Shown in pieces: positions 39,051 to 51,746 of a stretch of 64,000 nt of DNA. The notes beneath the pieces were generated by a model. The model was not told where the DNA came from, did not search any database, and saw only the letters and a program-made list of their open reading frames with translations. Within the stretch, counting starts at the first letter, position 1; every line of letters starts with the position of its first letter. The DNA comes from Mobula hypostoma (taxonomy: Eukaryota): the NCBI RefSeq assembly GCF_963921235.1, contig NC_086097.1, positions 137,766,001 through 137,830,000 of the forward strand. The letters are read 5' to 3'. Made by a program: the position numbers and the translations under genes.

Positions 39051-39503
39051 GGCTGCAAGATACCTTTGTTTCATTAGCTCATGTGGTACAGAAGCTACAA
39101 GACATTGGATCACATGACCTCACAGAGGATAGTGAAAACTAATGAAATGATCACCGGGGTCTCCCTCTCCCCCGCATGCGTGACATTTACCAGGAGTGCT
39201 CCATCCTGTAGCAGATGCCTGGAAACAAATGAAAACTACTGAGAGAATAAGCCAGAGTAATTGACACTTCCAAATAATGAAGTTCCAAATTGACAAAAGT
39301 GAGTTCAATCCTTTATTATGAAACTAGCAAAAAAGAACAATCTTGCAGTGATTAAAAAAAAAACTAACAAAGCTAAATTATCAATATAATGGTCTAATAA
39401 CATTCCAATTAGCGATATTAGCAGCTGAACTAAAACAGCTATCAATTAAAAATACATTCCCCATGGCTTGCTCACTCCCTCTCCACCTGACTAAACTAAA
39501 AGG

Positions 39504-39620
39504 AGTCCTGCCGAAGGGTTCCAGCCCGAAACGTCGACTGTACTTTTTTTCCATAGACGCTGCCTTGTCTGCTGAGTTTTTCCAGCATTTTTGTGTCTAT
39601 CGCTCAGATTTCCAGCATCT
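39504..39620 (+). mobile_element. Solo Penelope pLTR-like fragment with a core-mutant hammerhead
   Basis: agtc-CTGCCGA-agggttccagccc-GAAACGTC-gact followed by gacgctgcc..tctgctgagtttttccagca. Confidence 0.75.
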
Positions 39621-40204
39621 GCAGATTTTCTCTTGTTTGCAAACTAACCTAACTAAGCCAAGATGTGAATACATAACTATACTCATTTGCTTCTACCACG
39701 CCCCAACCGTCGTGACAGTTTACCATCATAAATGCACCAGAAAATACAATACAGATAGAAAATAGATACATGGCTCCTACACACAGAGTACGAAAGGCTT
39801 GAAGCATTTTGAGGATCCCTACCACCCATCCTACAATCCCTTTGATCCACTACCAAGAGGAAGGTGAGATAGAAACATCAGATCTAGGATTGCCAGACTG
39901 GGTAACAGCTTCTTTCCTCTGTGAGACTAATGAATACCCAGCCACCACTGAGGTCTCATCACCAGGACAGCAACCTGTTGACTATTTACCTATGCTGCAC
40001 ACTACATGCACATTAAATTATATTTTATAAACTCATTTCTGGTAATATTTTATTCTCTGTGTGTGATATGTTTTGCAGGTGCATAGTGGTCCAGAGGAAC
40101 ATTGTTTCGTTTGGTTGTATACATGTCAGTCAGATAACAACAAAATTGAACTTGATCTTGAATTTAAAATATGAAGGAGGTTACAGAACAGCAAATGGCA
40201 AATA

Positions 40205-41170
40205 AATTCCAGCTGAAGAAGGGTCTCGGCCCAAAACTTGGACTGTTTATTCATTTCCATAGACGCTGCCTGACCTGATGAGTTACTCCAGCATTTTGTG
40301 TGTGTTGCTCTGGATCATCAGAATCTGCTGACCAACAAATGGATTGAGTGAATTTAAGGGCGGGTGGAAGCTCCAGGGAAAGTTGATGAAATTGATGAGC
40401 TCAGCATTGGTGCATAAAGCAGCACCAATGTGGTCATCAATGTAGCAGAGGAAGAGCTGGGGAGTATTACCAGGGAAGGCTTGAAACATGACCTATTCTA
40501 CATAGCCAATGAAGAAGCAGCCACAGCTGGGGCCCATGCAGGTCCCTGAGGCTACCCCTCGGAGAAGGTTGGAGGAGCCAAAGGAAGAATTGTTGAGGAT
40601 AAGAACCATTTCTGCCAGATGGAAGAGGGTGGTGATGGAGGGGAACTGGTTGATTCTTTTATTGAGAAAGAACCAGAGAATTTTAAGACCTCCTTGATAG
40701 GGGATAGAAGTGTATCTTGCCTGGACATCGATGGAGAAAATGAGGCAGTCAAGGCCAGGGAATTGAAAGTTAGTCAGGAGAATTGTCGTGGATGTAGATG
40801 GGAAGGGGTTGGAGCCAAGGGGGTAGAATGGAGTCGAGGTATGATGACAAGTTCAGTGGGGCAGGAGCAGGCAGAGACAATGGGCCTACCTGGACAGTCC
40901 AGGTTTGTGGATTTGGGTAGGAGGTAGAAACAAGCAGTGCGGGGTAAGGGTACTCTCGAGTTTGGTGGCAGTGGATGTGAGTTCTCCAGAGTTGGTGTGG
41001 TTAGTGATGGTGTCGGAGATGGTTTTCTGATGGTGTGGAGTGGGGTCCTCTTCAAGGGGTAGGTATGAGGAGGTGTCTGAGAGTTGCCGTCTCACCTAAA
41101 CAAGGTAGAGGTCAGTACTCTGCAGTTCAGTGGCACCCCTGTTGTCTGCAGCTTTGATGGTAAGTTTGGG
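40205..41170 (-). mobile_element. Penelope-like RT fragment (minus, ~40335-41170) abutting a plus-strand pLTR/hammerhead remnant (~40205-40330)
   Basis: RTACFYLLPK..CPGRPIVSACSCPTEL and LFLCYIDDHIG are PLE RT motifs. ctgaagaagggtctcggcccaaaacttggac is a decayed hammerhead. Confidence 0.85.
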
Positions 41171-43289
41171 ATTAGTATGGAGAATTCAAAGAAGATGACC
41201 GGGGAATTCTCCCTGACATTTCAGGGTCAATATTTATCCCTCAGCCAACAGCACCTAAACAAATAACTTGCACATTATCACATTGCTGTCTCGGGAACTG
41301 GCAATGTGCCTACCTTTCAAAAGTAATTAATTTACTGTGAAACTGCTGGTGTTTTGAGGAAATGAAGGATCCTGTTCACTCGTCACCCACAACTCCCGCC
41401 CCCCCCCAACCCTGCATTTGGCAGTGATTTAATTTTAGTATTTTCATTCTTGTCAAATCATTAAGTGTTCTACATCTATGATTACCTCCAGCCTTGCAAG
41501 CCTCTCAGAATGCTGTAATTCTTGAGTTAGTTAGTTAGTTACTGCCCTTTATGCCGCTGGCGCTTAGGACATTAATGAAGGACCAACATCTCTGTCTGGC
41601 CTTGGCCATCTTCTCTATTGTGTCCCAGGTGCGGTTCAGTGTCTGGAGCCCGGAAATCAATTGTGCCTCCGGTTGAATTCAACTTTGGAACCTCTTTGCC
41701 TTTTCTTCTTCAGGATACTTCTGATTTTGATGTGTCTGAACATCTGCCCAAGGTTTCTCCCTCTGTTTGATGGATCTGCTGGGGAGTTGATGTGGGGAAG
41801 GTTGCAGTGGAATCGTGCCCCTTCCAATCAGGGGTTAGCAACAATGACACCTGCTGTTCCCAGTTGTTCCACTCAGTGGTGCTGTTCGTCTTCAGAACTG
41901 GGGCTGGAACCCTCGTGCTTCTGACTGGCAGTGTCTCAGAATGATGTTTATGGAACATTTTGGGGAATAACCTGAGTGGTATATGCCAACATGCATGTGA
42001 AGACCTCGTCTCCAATCCTCAATACTGAGCGTATTGAGTCAGATTGGAATAAGCACCAAAAGCACATCTGTACAGATAACACACAATATAAATTATACAA
42101 GTCCGTGAAGGGAATAGATTTTTTTTTGCACTAATGTCTTGTTTTACACAATCAGAGACAAGTCCATGGAAATCCAAGAGATAGTCCACTGTGTTCCATT
42201 GCTGAGGTAGGTTTGGGGTTGTGCAGGTTGGTCCAAGCGATTGATGGTGGAGAGTGACTTGCTGCCACTCTGATTTGAGTGTTCCAAGCGGGCCAATGAG
42301 GCCATTGTAGCAACTGTGGACTCCACCATAATTGTGAGCTGATGCGCTGCTTCTGTTGCCTACGGCTTCAGTATTCTCCAAAAGCACATCAATACCGTCA
42401 CAGGTATCTCCAGTATTGTTTTGCTTTATGCCTCTAAGAAGGAGGGGTTCTTAATGATAAAGGGGAAGAAAGATTAAATCATGAGGACAGGTTGCAAAAA
42501 GTGTGTTTTAATTTAGGTGATTAAAGGTGGTTCGGTATTTAAGATGTAGGAGATGATTGAGTGGAAAGAGAAACCATTTTGTCTAATAGGGGAAGTGTTA
42601 AAATGAGAACTAGGTGATTTGAGGTCCGGATATTTTTCATGTACAGGGCATTAGAAAGCTGAAAGTGTTTCCATCAAAAAACTGTTGAACTTTGAGGAGG
42701 GTGATCCCCAAGCCCTGGTGGGTAAGGAACAGGGGACAAAAGTTGGAGCTGAGGGAATGATCATATCTGGTGTGGTCCCCAAATTGGAGGCACAGATTCC
42801 CCTGGCCATAATCAAGAGATATATGGATTTTGGTAACTCCAAAGAAAAGATAGTGAATAAATAGTGATTTGAGTTTGTTTGAATTGGACTCAATAAAACA
42901 TCTTGCCCTAAAAACGTATAACGTGTATGTTTGCACCTATTCCATGACCACAAGACATGCTGCCGACACATTGTAATTCTAGTCACTGATGTAAGAATCA
43001 CAACAGATGATGTATACACAGCCAAATACCACAAACAGCCAAGTGGTGTGATTTTAGTGATGAAGGTCGAATGGCCAGGAGACCTTTGGGAACCTACGCA
43101 GTTGTGGCACTGGATCTTTTATGTGCAGCCAAAAGACCAGGCTGGATTGTGGTTAAACTTCCCAACCAGAAGCAGCAGGTGGGATAGTGTAGCATTCCCC
43201 CAATACCAGACTGTGGACAGCCACGTCTCTAATATAGAACCTGAGGCCACAACCTCCTGACTGGAGTGAGAATGTTGCAGACTTCAGCA

Positions 43290-44750
43290 GAGATTAGTCA
43301 TAGCCTCACACAGCTCAACTGGTCTATGCTGACCTAGGTTCTCATCTATGCTACTTCCAATTGCCTGCTTTTGGCCCGTACCTCTCTAAACCTTTTCTGT
43401 GCCTGTGCAAGTGCCTTTTAAAAATGTACCTGCCTCGAGCACTACTTCTGGCAGCTCATTCCATGTACTAACTATCCTCTGGATGAAAAAGTTCCCCCTC
43501 AGGTTCCTATTTAATCTTTCCCCTCAAGTCTTTAACCTACGCCCTTTAGTCCTTGATTCTCACACCCTGGCGAAAGTCCATACACATTGACCCCATCTGT
43601 GGTTGTTGACTTCAGAAGGAGTAGCGGACCACACGACCCAATTTACATCGGTGGTGTGCAAGTGGAACAGGTCAAAAGCATTAAGTTCCTCGGGGTTAAT
43701 ATTACAAATGACCTGACTTGGACCAACCAAGCAGAGTCCACTGCCAAGAAGGCCCACCAGCGCCTTTACTTCCTGAGAAAACTAAAGAAATTTGGCCTGT
43801 CCCCTAAAACCCTCACTAATTTTTATAGATGCACCGTAGAAAGCATTCTTCTAGGGTGTATCACAACCTGGTATGGAAGTTGTCCTGTCCAAGATCGGAA
43901 GAAGCTGCAGAAGATTGTGAACATGGCACGGCATATCACACAAGCCAATCTTCCGTCCTTGGGCTCACTTTACAGCGCATGCTGTCGGAGCAGTGCTGCC
44001 AGGATAATCAAGGACACGACCCACCCAGCCAACACACTTTTCGTCCCTCTTCCCTCTGGGAGAAGGCTCAGGAGCTTGAAAACTTGTACGGCCAAATTTG
44101 GGAACAGTTTCTTTCCAACTGTGATAAGACTGCTGAACGGATCCTGACCCAGATCTGGGCCGTACCCTCCAAATATCCAGACCTGCCTCTTGTTTTTTTT
44201 TGCACTACCTTACTTTCCATTTTCTATTTTCTATTTATGATTTGTAATTTAAATTTTTAATATTTACTATCAATCTGTAATCCAGGGAGCGGTAAGCGCA
44301 GAATCAAATGTCGCTGTGATGATTGTACATTCTAGTATCAATTGTTTGGCGACAATAAAGTATAAAGTAAAGTAAATATTACCACTCATTCTCTTACATT
44401 CCTAAAGTCCCAGCCTGCTAAACCTCACTCCATAATTCAGTCTCTCAGTCCAGTCAACATCTTCATACATCTCTTCTGCACTCTTTCCAGCTCAGTGGCA
44501 ACTTCCTCATAGGTGAGTGACCAACACTGAACACAATATTCCAAATGCAGCCTCACCAAGTGCAAGCTAACATCTCATCTTCTATATTCAGTGCCTTGAC
44601 TGATGAAGGCCAGCTTGCCAAAGGCCTTCCTCAACCTATTTACTTGTGTTGCCACTTTCAGGGAACTATGTATTTGTACTCCTTGGACCCTCTGTTCTGC
44701 AACACTCCCAGCACCCTGCTGTTCACTATGAATGACCTACCCTGATTCAT
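43290..44750 (-). mobile_element. Old CR1 3' fragment split by a younger Rex/Babar insertion
   Basis: CR1 3' end (ggcagctcattccat...gaaaaagttccccctcagg) at 43290-43586 and its continuation (cccagcctgctaaacctc...ggtgaccaacactgaacacaatattccaaatg) at 44376-44750. Confidence 0.8.
43587..44375 (+). mobile_element. Young 5'-truncated Rex/Babar-type LINE
   Basis: Open 186-aa ORF with VVDFRR, KFLGVNIT, LTNFYRCTVESILLGCITTWYG and NSFFPTVIRLLN; (AAGTA)n tail. Confidence 0.9.
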
Positions 44751-45329
44751 CTGCTTTCCGCACAGCAAATTTATATACTGTCTGTCAGAGTGACCAGCCA
44801 GACTACACACACTTGTACTCCTTCACAATGATGACTCATGATTTATGCTTCCACCTGAAATGTTAGTCCTGTTTCTCTCCCACGGATGCTGCCTGACCCG
44901 CTAAGTCTTTCCAGCACTTTCAGCTTTAATTTAGGTTTCTAGCATCTGCAGAGTTTTGCAGTTTATGCTGTGCTGTTTTGTTGTTAGCACTCCTGCCAAG
45001 TGAAGAGTAGATTCAGTGGTAGGTTTAATGGACATTTATCCAACAGGAAATTAAAATCCCATGGACAGAGAATGGGAGAAACTTTGAAAGACTAACGAAA
45101 CTGGTATGTGCAATGGTCTGGTCACGAACAATGATACTTCACTGATTGTGGCTCTGTCTCACACCTGGTTACTTCTGAGTCTCCTTTTAGTAAGCAAGCA
45201 AGCAATTCTCAGAGCTCTTGGTGTTGAACGCACACTCGAGATCTTACTTTCTTTTCTTGACTGCCAGGCATGAGAAGGAAGTTCAGCGTTAAAATCTGAG
45301 AGAGAAGTTGAAGGTTTTGCTACAGCTAC

Positions 45330-45600
45330 TGCAGCTGCTACCTTGCAGCTCCAGATACCAGGTTCAATCCTGACCTCTAGCGTTGTCTGTGAGGAGTGTG
45401 TGTGTGTTCTCCCAGTGAATGAATGGGTTTTGCTATGGATTCTCAGGGTTATCCCATGGGTTCTCAGCAACCCTCCCCCCCCACAATATCCCAAAGACTT
45501 GTGGGCTGCTAGGTTAATTGGTGACTGTAAATGACCCCCTCTCCCCAGTTAGTAGGTGAGTGGTAAAATATGGGAAGAGTTGATGGAAATGTGGGGAGAA
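45330..45600 (+). mobile_element. V-SINE, degenerate
   Basis: ggttcaatcctgacct...gtctgtgaggagtgtgtgtgtgttctccc...aggttaattggtgactgtaaat. Confidence 0.7.
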
Positions 45601-45629
45601 TGTGGAAATGGGAAAATTAAATGCTGTAA

Positions 45630-47120
45630 TCAAACCAGCATTTACCACTTCTGCTGGCAGCTCATTCCACACTCCCACACTCTCCCTATCCTCTGAGTGA
45701 AGGAGTTCCCCTCAGGTTCCTCTTAAATATTTCACCCTTCACCTTTAAGCTATCCCCTCTAGTTCTAGTCTCACACAACCTCAGTGGAAAAGCCTGCTTG
45801 CATTTATCCTATCTATATCCCTCATAATTTTGTATACCTCTGTTAAATCTCCCCACATTCTCCTACACTCCAGGAAATGAAATCCTATCTGATTCAACCT
45901 TTCTTTATAATTCATGTCCTCAAGTTCTAGCATTATCCTTTAAATTTTCTCATGTTCTTTCAATCTTATTGATATATTTTCTGTAGGTGGGTGACCAGAT
46001 CTGCATACAATACTCTAAACTTGGCCTCACCAGCACCTTAAACATAACACCCCAATTCCTGTGGTCAGTACTCTGATTTATGAAGACCAGTATGCCAAAA
46101 GCCCTCTTTATGACCAAATCTTCAGGTCTTTATGCCACTTTTAAGGAATTATGGATCTGTATTCTCAGATCCCTTTGTTCTACCGCACTCCTCAGTGTTG
46201 TACCATTCACTGTATGTCCAACCCTGGTTTGTCCTCCCAAAGTGCAACACCTCACACTTGTCTGTGTTAAATTCCGTCCGCTATTTTCAGCCCTTTTCCC
46301 CTCATGTTCCAGATCCCAGCGTAAGCTTTGAGAGCTGCCTTCATAGCCACTACACACCCAGTCTCGGTGTCATCCACAAATTTGCTGATCCACTTTACCA
46401 CATCAACATCCAGATCATTGATGTAGATTTCAAATAGCAATGGACCCAGCACCAATCACTAGTCACAGGCTTCCAGTCAGTGGAGCAACCACCTACTGCC
46501 ACTCTCTGGCTTCTGCTCAGCCAATGTTAAATCCAATTTACTACATCTTTCTGAATGCCCAGTGACAGAATTTCCTACCGGCCTCCCACACGGGACTTTC
46601 AAAGGTCTTGTTAAAGTCCATGCAGACCATGTCCACTTTCTTGATAACCTTCTCAAAAAACTCTATAAGCTCAGTTAGACATGACCAAAGCCTTGTTGAT
46701 TATACCTAAACAGGCCCCATCTATCCAAATATTTATATATCCCATTCCCTCAAATACTTGCGAATTATTTATCATGCCTATAATTTTCCGGCTTATTCTT
46801 AGAGTCTTCCTTGAACAATGAAACACATTAGCTACGCTCTAGTCTTCTATGCTCTAGCGGTTAAGGACATTTTGAATACCTCTGCCAGGCCCCTGCAATT
46901 TCTGCACTAACCTCCCACAAGATTCTAGAGGACACTTGGGGTTTTATCCACCCTAATTTGCCTCAAGACAGCACGTACCTCCTCCTCTAAATCATATACG
47001 GCCTATGACTTCACCACTGTTTCATCTCAGTTCGACAGACTCTGTGTCAGCCTTCCAAGTAAATACAGATTCGAAAATTCCACTCAAGATCTTCTCTCAT
47101 CTCTTTCGGCCCCATGCATA
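45630..47120 (-). mobile_element. CR1 LINE RT and 3' region, decayed
   Basis: VLGPLLFEIYINDLD..WISKFVDDT and LRSAVEQRDL remnants. Confidence 0.85.
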
Positions 47121-47217
47121 TATGGGTCTTCTTGGTGAGCGAATGTAGACTTGATGGACTGAACAGCCCTCTAATTTGTAAGAATATATGGAACTATATT
47201 CTTACAAAGAATATATG

Positions 47218-47895
47218 GAGAGGAGAAGATGGCGATGTGACGTAGCGCACGCGGCCTCTCTGGTGAATGATATTAGTATTTGTAAGTAGGAGGCCGTGCA
47301 CAGTTCTGATTTGATGGAGACAGATGTGAGAAGCATGGAGGAGCATCTGGAGAAACTTCTGAAGTGCCCGGTTCGCTGCTGCCGCTACTGTGCGATCGAG
47401 AATCTCCGGAGGGGAAGGCCCCAAATCCTCGGCTTTGCCTGTTGTTAGCAGCCGGGGCTGAGTTTGAAGCGCTCGGCAGAGATGGTGCTCGGTGCTCGCT
47501 GTCGGAGGGCTGGTCGGAGGCTCGAAGTTTTCGGACGGACTCAGTCAGACTGTGGTCGGGTGCTTCCAGGATACTGCATTGGCAAGTTTGCGGCGCTGGA
47601 AGCTCATGGCAGGGGGAGTTTCTCCCTTCAACTGTCTGCGTGAGATGATGGGACTTTCGAGCGACTTTGAGACTTTTTACCGTGCCCATGGTCTGTTCTC
47701 TATCAAATTACGGTATTGCTTGCACTGTTGTAACTATATGTTATAATTATGTGGTTTTTGTCAGTTTTTGTCAGTTTTTCAGTCCTGGTCTGTCTTGTAT
47801 TTCTGTGATATCACACTGGAGGAACATTGTATCATTTCTTAATGCATGCATTACTAAATGACAATGAAAGAGGACTGCATGTCCTCATAATCTAA
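47218..47895 (+). mobile_element. ~670 bp CpG-rich non-coding LINE-derived element, copy 2
   Basis: Starts gaggagaagatggcg and ends gtcctcataatctaaaaaaaa; highly similar in reverse complement to 32789-33421. Confidence 0.85.
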
Positions 47896-49149
47896 AAAAA
47901 ACTGTTTGAATTGAGGTATTCAAACCCATTTAGGACTAGTCCAAGTAAATTATTTTCTTCTGTAGCTGGGCTGGGAACTGGAGGAAATGGATTTAACTAA
48001 TTGGGAGTATGAACCAAGAGAAGATAATTTTTGATTGAGTTGTTACAATTGGTTTCTGAAAGGATAGTGAAAGCGGATTCAACAGTAGATCGTATTTATA
48101 AAGAGTCTGTGCTCTAAATCACTTCAAGGCAGGGAGATTATCAAACAGGTAACCAGATACTCGTCAAAGAAATGGACTTTAAGGGACATCTTTGAACAGG
48201 AAAAAGAAAGGGGTTTAGTGAGAAAGCTCAGAGTTTTGGAAAAAGATGTTTGAAAGTACAGTTATTGATGGTGGATTGATGGGAATGCCAGGTAGCACAG
48301 GAGTGCAGAATCAGAAATTAGGGATCTTGGAAGGTGATGTTTTTGGAGGAACTTTCAGAGATGGAAGTTTGAAAGAAAATGAGAGAATTTTCAAATCAAG
48401 GAGTTTCTGGCCCAGGAATTTTCAAAGCTAAGTACCTACTGAGCTCTGGAAAAAGTGATTCGTCGTGGTGCTCAAACAAGGAGTTGGTACTGGTTAATGC
48501 CTGAGCCAGGAGGGCAGTCGGACACTAGAGACAGGCCAGTGAATTCTCTATTTTCACAATGTGCTGCGAGGAGGGAGGTAAAAGTGCTGACACAACTCCC
48601 TGTCATTTGAAATGCCAGAGCAGTTAAACTCTGTTTTTGTGTTTTGATTTCCCATCTAGATAAAGGATAAAGTAAATTGACTTTGGAACAGACCAGCCTG
48701 TCAGAGATTGTGTTACTACAAAGATCTGATTCAAATTAGGGATCAAGTGCTGTCAAGTTCATTCACAAGAGGATCATCCCAACAGGGAAGCATTTTCTAA
48801 TCCACACAAGGCTTTACTGAGCCCCAGATCAATCCAAAATCTAGTCCTCCTATGTGTATTCAGTGTAGAAGCATTTTTGATTAGAGTGTAAACTTAATAA
48901 ATCCCACAACCTTTTGCAGTCTTTGCTCTCATCCTATTGTGGCCCCTAGGGCATCCTCGACTTTAATGGGGTGATGCATTAAAATTGTACCAGGACATGC
49001 CCAGTTCTCATTACTAGCATCAGAGAGTAGCTACAGGAGACTGAAGATTCACATGCTATTATTCAGGAGCAACTTCCTCTCTGCCATCAGATTTCTGAAC
49101 TTTCCATGAATACTAACTTGTCATTCCTATTTTACACATTTTTTTCTCA

Positions 49150-50611
49150 ATTTACTTTACTTTATTGTCGCCAAACAATTGATACTGGAGCGTACAATCA
49201 TCACAGCGATATTTGATTCTATGCTTCGCGCTCCCTGGAGTACAAATCGATAGTAAATATTAAAAATTTAAATTATAAATCATAAATAGAAAATAGAAAA
49301 GGAAAAGTAAGGTAGTGCAAAAAAACTGAGAGGCAGGTCCGGATATTTGGAGGGTACGGCCCAGATCCAGGTCAGGATCCGTTCAGCAGTCTTATCACAG
49401 TTGGAAAGAAGCTGTTCAAGTCTTCAAGCTCCTGAGCCTTCTCCCGGAGGGAAGAGGGATGAAAAGTGTGTTGGCTGTGTGGGTCGTGTCCTTGATTATC
49501 CTGGCAGCACTGCTCCGACAGCGTGCGCTGTAAAGTGAGCCCAAGGACGGAAGATTGGTTTGTGTGACGTACTGCACCGTGTTCACGATCTTCTGCAGCT
49601 TCTTCCGGTCTTGGACAGGTCAACTTCCATACCAGGTTGAGATGCATCCTAGAAGAAAGCTTTCTATGGTGCATCTATAAAACTTAGTGAGAGTTTTAGG
49701 GAACAGGCCAAATTTCTTTAGCTTTCTCAGGAAGCAAAGGTGCTGGTGGGCCTTCTTGGCAATGGACCCTGCTTGGTTGGACCAAGTCAGGTCATTTGTG
49801 ATATTGACCCCGAGGAACTTAAAGCTTTTGATCTGTTCCACTTGCGCACCACCAATGTAAATGGGGTTGTGCGGTCCGCTACTCCTTCTGAAGTCAACAA
49901 CCAATTCCTTCATCTTGCTGACGTTGAGGGATAGGTTATTATCTTCGCACCATGCCACCAGGTTCTTAATTTCCTCTCCATTCTAAACTCATCATTACCC
50001 GAGATACGGCCTATAATTGTGGTGTCATCAGCAAACTTATATATTGAGTTCGATGGAAACTTGGCTACACAATCATGGGTGTACAGTGAGTACAGCAGGG
50101 GGCTGAGTACACAGCCTTGTGGGGCACCGGTGCTCAGAGTGATTGTAGAGGAAAGCTTGTCCCCTATTCTTACAGCCTGGGTTCTGTCTGTGAGGAAGTT
50201 GAAGATCCAGCTGCAGATCTGAGTGCTAAGGCCCAGGTTCTGGAGCTTAGGAATCAGTTTATTTGGAATGATGGTATTAAAGGCGGAGCTGTAGTCAATG
50301 AAAAGGAGCCTTACGTATGTGTCTTTATTCTCCAGTTGTCCTAAGGTGGAATGTAGGGCCAGAGAGATGGCATCTGCTGTCGACCTGTTGTTCCTGTAGG
50401 CGAATTGCAAAGCATCGGGGTTGACCGGTAGGCTGTGGTTGATGTGTGCCATAACCAATCGCTCGAAGCACTTCATAGCAATTGATGTCAGAGCCACAGG
50501 TCGATAGTCATTCAGGCATGCCACCTCGCTCTTCTTCGGCACCGGGATTATCGTTGCCTTCTTAAAACACGAGGGGATCTTAGACTGAAGCAAGGAGCAG
50601 TTGAAGATGTG
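49150..50611 (-). mobile_element. Young Rex/Babar-type LINE (RT domain to 3' tail) nested in an older plus-strand Rex remnant (~49010-49145 and ~50612-50705)
   Basis: [47 protein letters not shown] and KFADDT. The 3' part closely matches 43587-44375 in inverted orientation. Confidence 0.92.
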
Positions 50612-51746
50612 TAGTAATTTTATGCTTTTGCACAATATTGCTGCTGTACATCAACAGATTTCATGACATATAAGTCAGTGATAATAAGTTTGATCCTGAT
50701 TCTGAATAAGGGCCAGAGACCCGATTTCAATCCTGACCTCATATGCTGTCAGTGTAGTGATTGCACATTCACCAATGTCCAAGAATGGGAAAGCTGACAA
50801 AAAGTGGAGGGCACAGCCCACTCCATCACAGAAAAATCCCTGCCCGCCTTTGAACACATCTGCAAGGACTTCTGCCAGGAGGAAGACCAAGTTGTAGGAA
50901 TACAGAGGGAAAGGGAAAAGGTTTGAGGAGATTGCTGTTCTCAGAATCAGCATGGAACTCATGAGTTGATTGGCTTCTTTCCATGCATTAATCAGTAAAT
51001 GCAATGGGGTACTTTCTCCAATATGTTAGCTAAAATTTACTATAACTGATTTCTTTATCTCTTTGCTGTTAGTGGGACTTCACTGGGTGCACATTGGCAG
51101 CAGCATTTCCAAGTCACTGCAGTGAATGGGCATGGAAGGTCCTACTCCACTGCTTGTTAGGTATTTTGAGATATCTCTCAGGACATGATGGCATTGCAAA
51201 AATAAAACCCTTTCTATCTTTCTTTTGTCATCTAAACTACAATTGCAATGAATAGATCCTATTGACGCATTGCCAGTGTTACATACAGAGCAGGTGTCTG
51301 TCCTTTCCCTCTGGGTGCAAAAGGGCTTAGGAAACAGCTCAATATTGCCAGGAATATCTATTGTTTTTTAGATGGTAAATAGGATACTAGTTTTAATTGT
51401 GGTCACAAGACTTGCATCTGTTTTAACAATAACATTTCACAAGCCTTGGAGAAAAACCCCAGTTCCATTTTGACTGCTCAAGGAACATCAAAGTTAATTG
51501 AAGAATTATTTTGTAGTGGGATAATACTAATGTTTACCCTTTATAGAAGCAGTGGGACAAGAGGAGGTCATCCACCTCTTCAAGTAGTTCTCTGTTTTCA
51601 ATTAAACCATGCCCCGTCTAATCACCCCTTTCCTAAGAAACACTAACAATTTTGCTTTTGAAAGCACCAACCACACCCTGACTCCCTAAGCCCACAGCTT
51701 TCTGGGGGAATGGTCAGGATTTCCCTTGCCGACAGTCCTAAACAGA

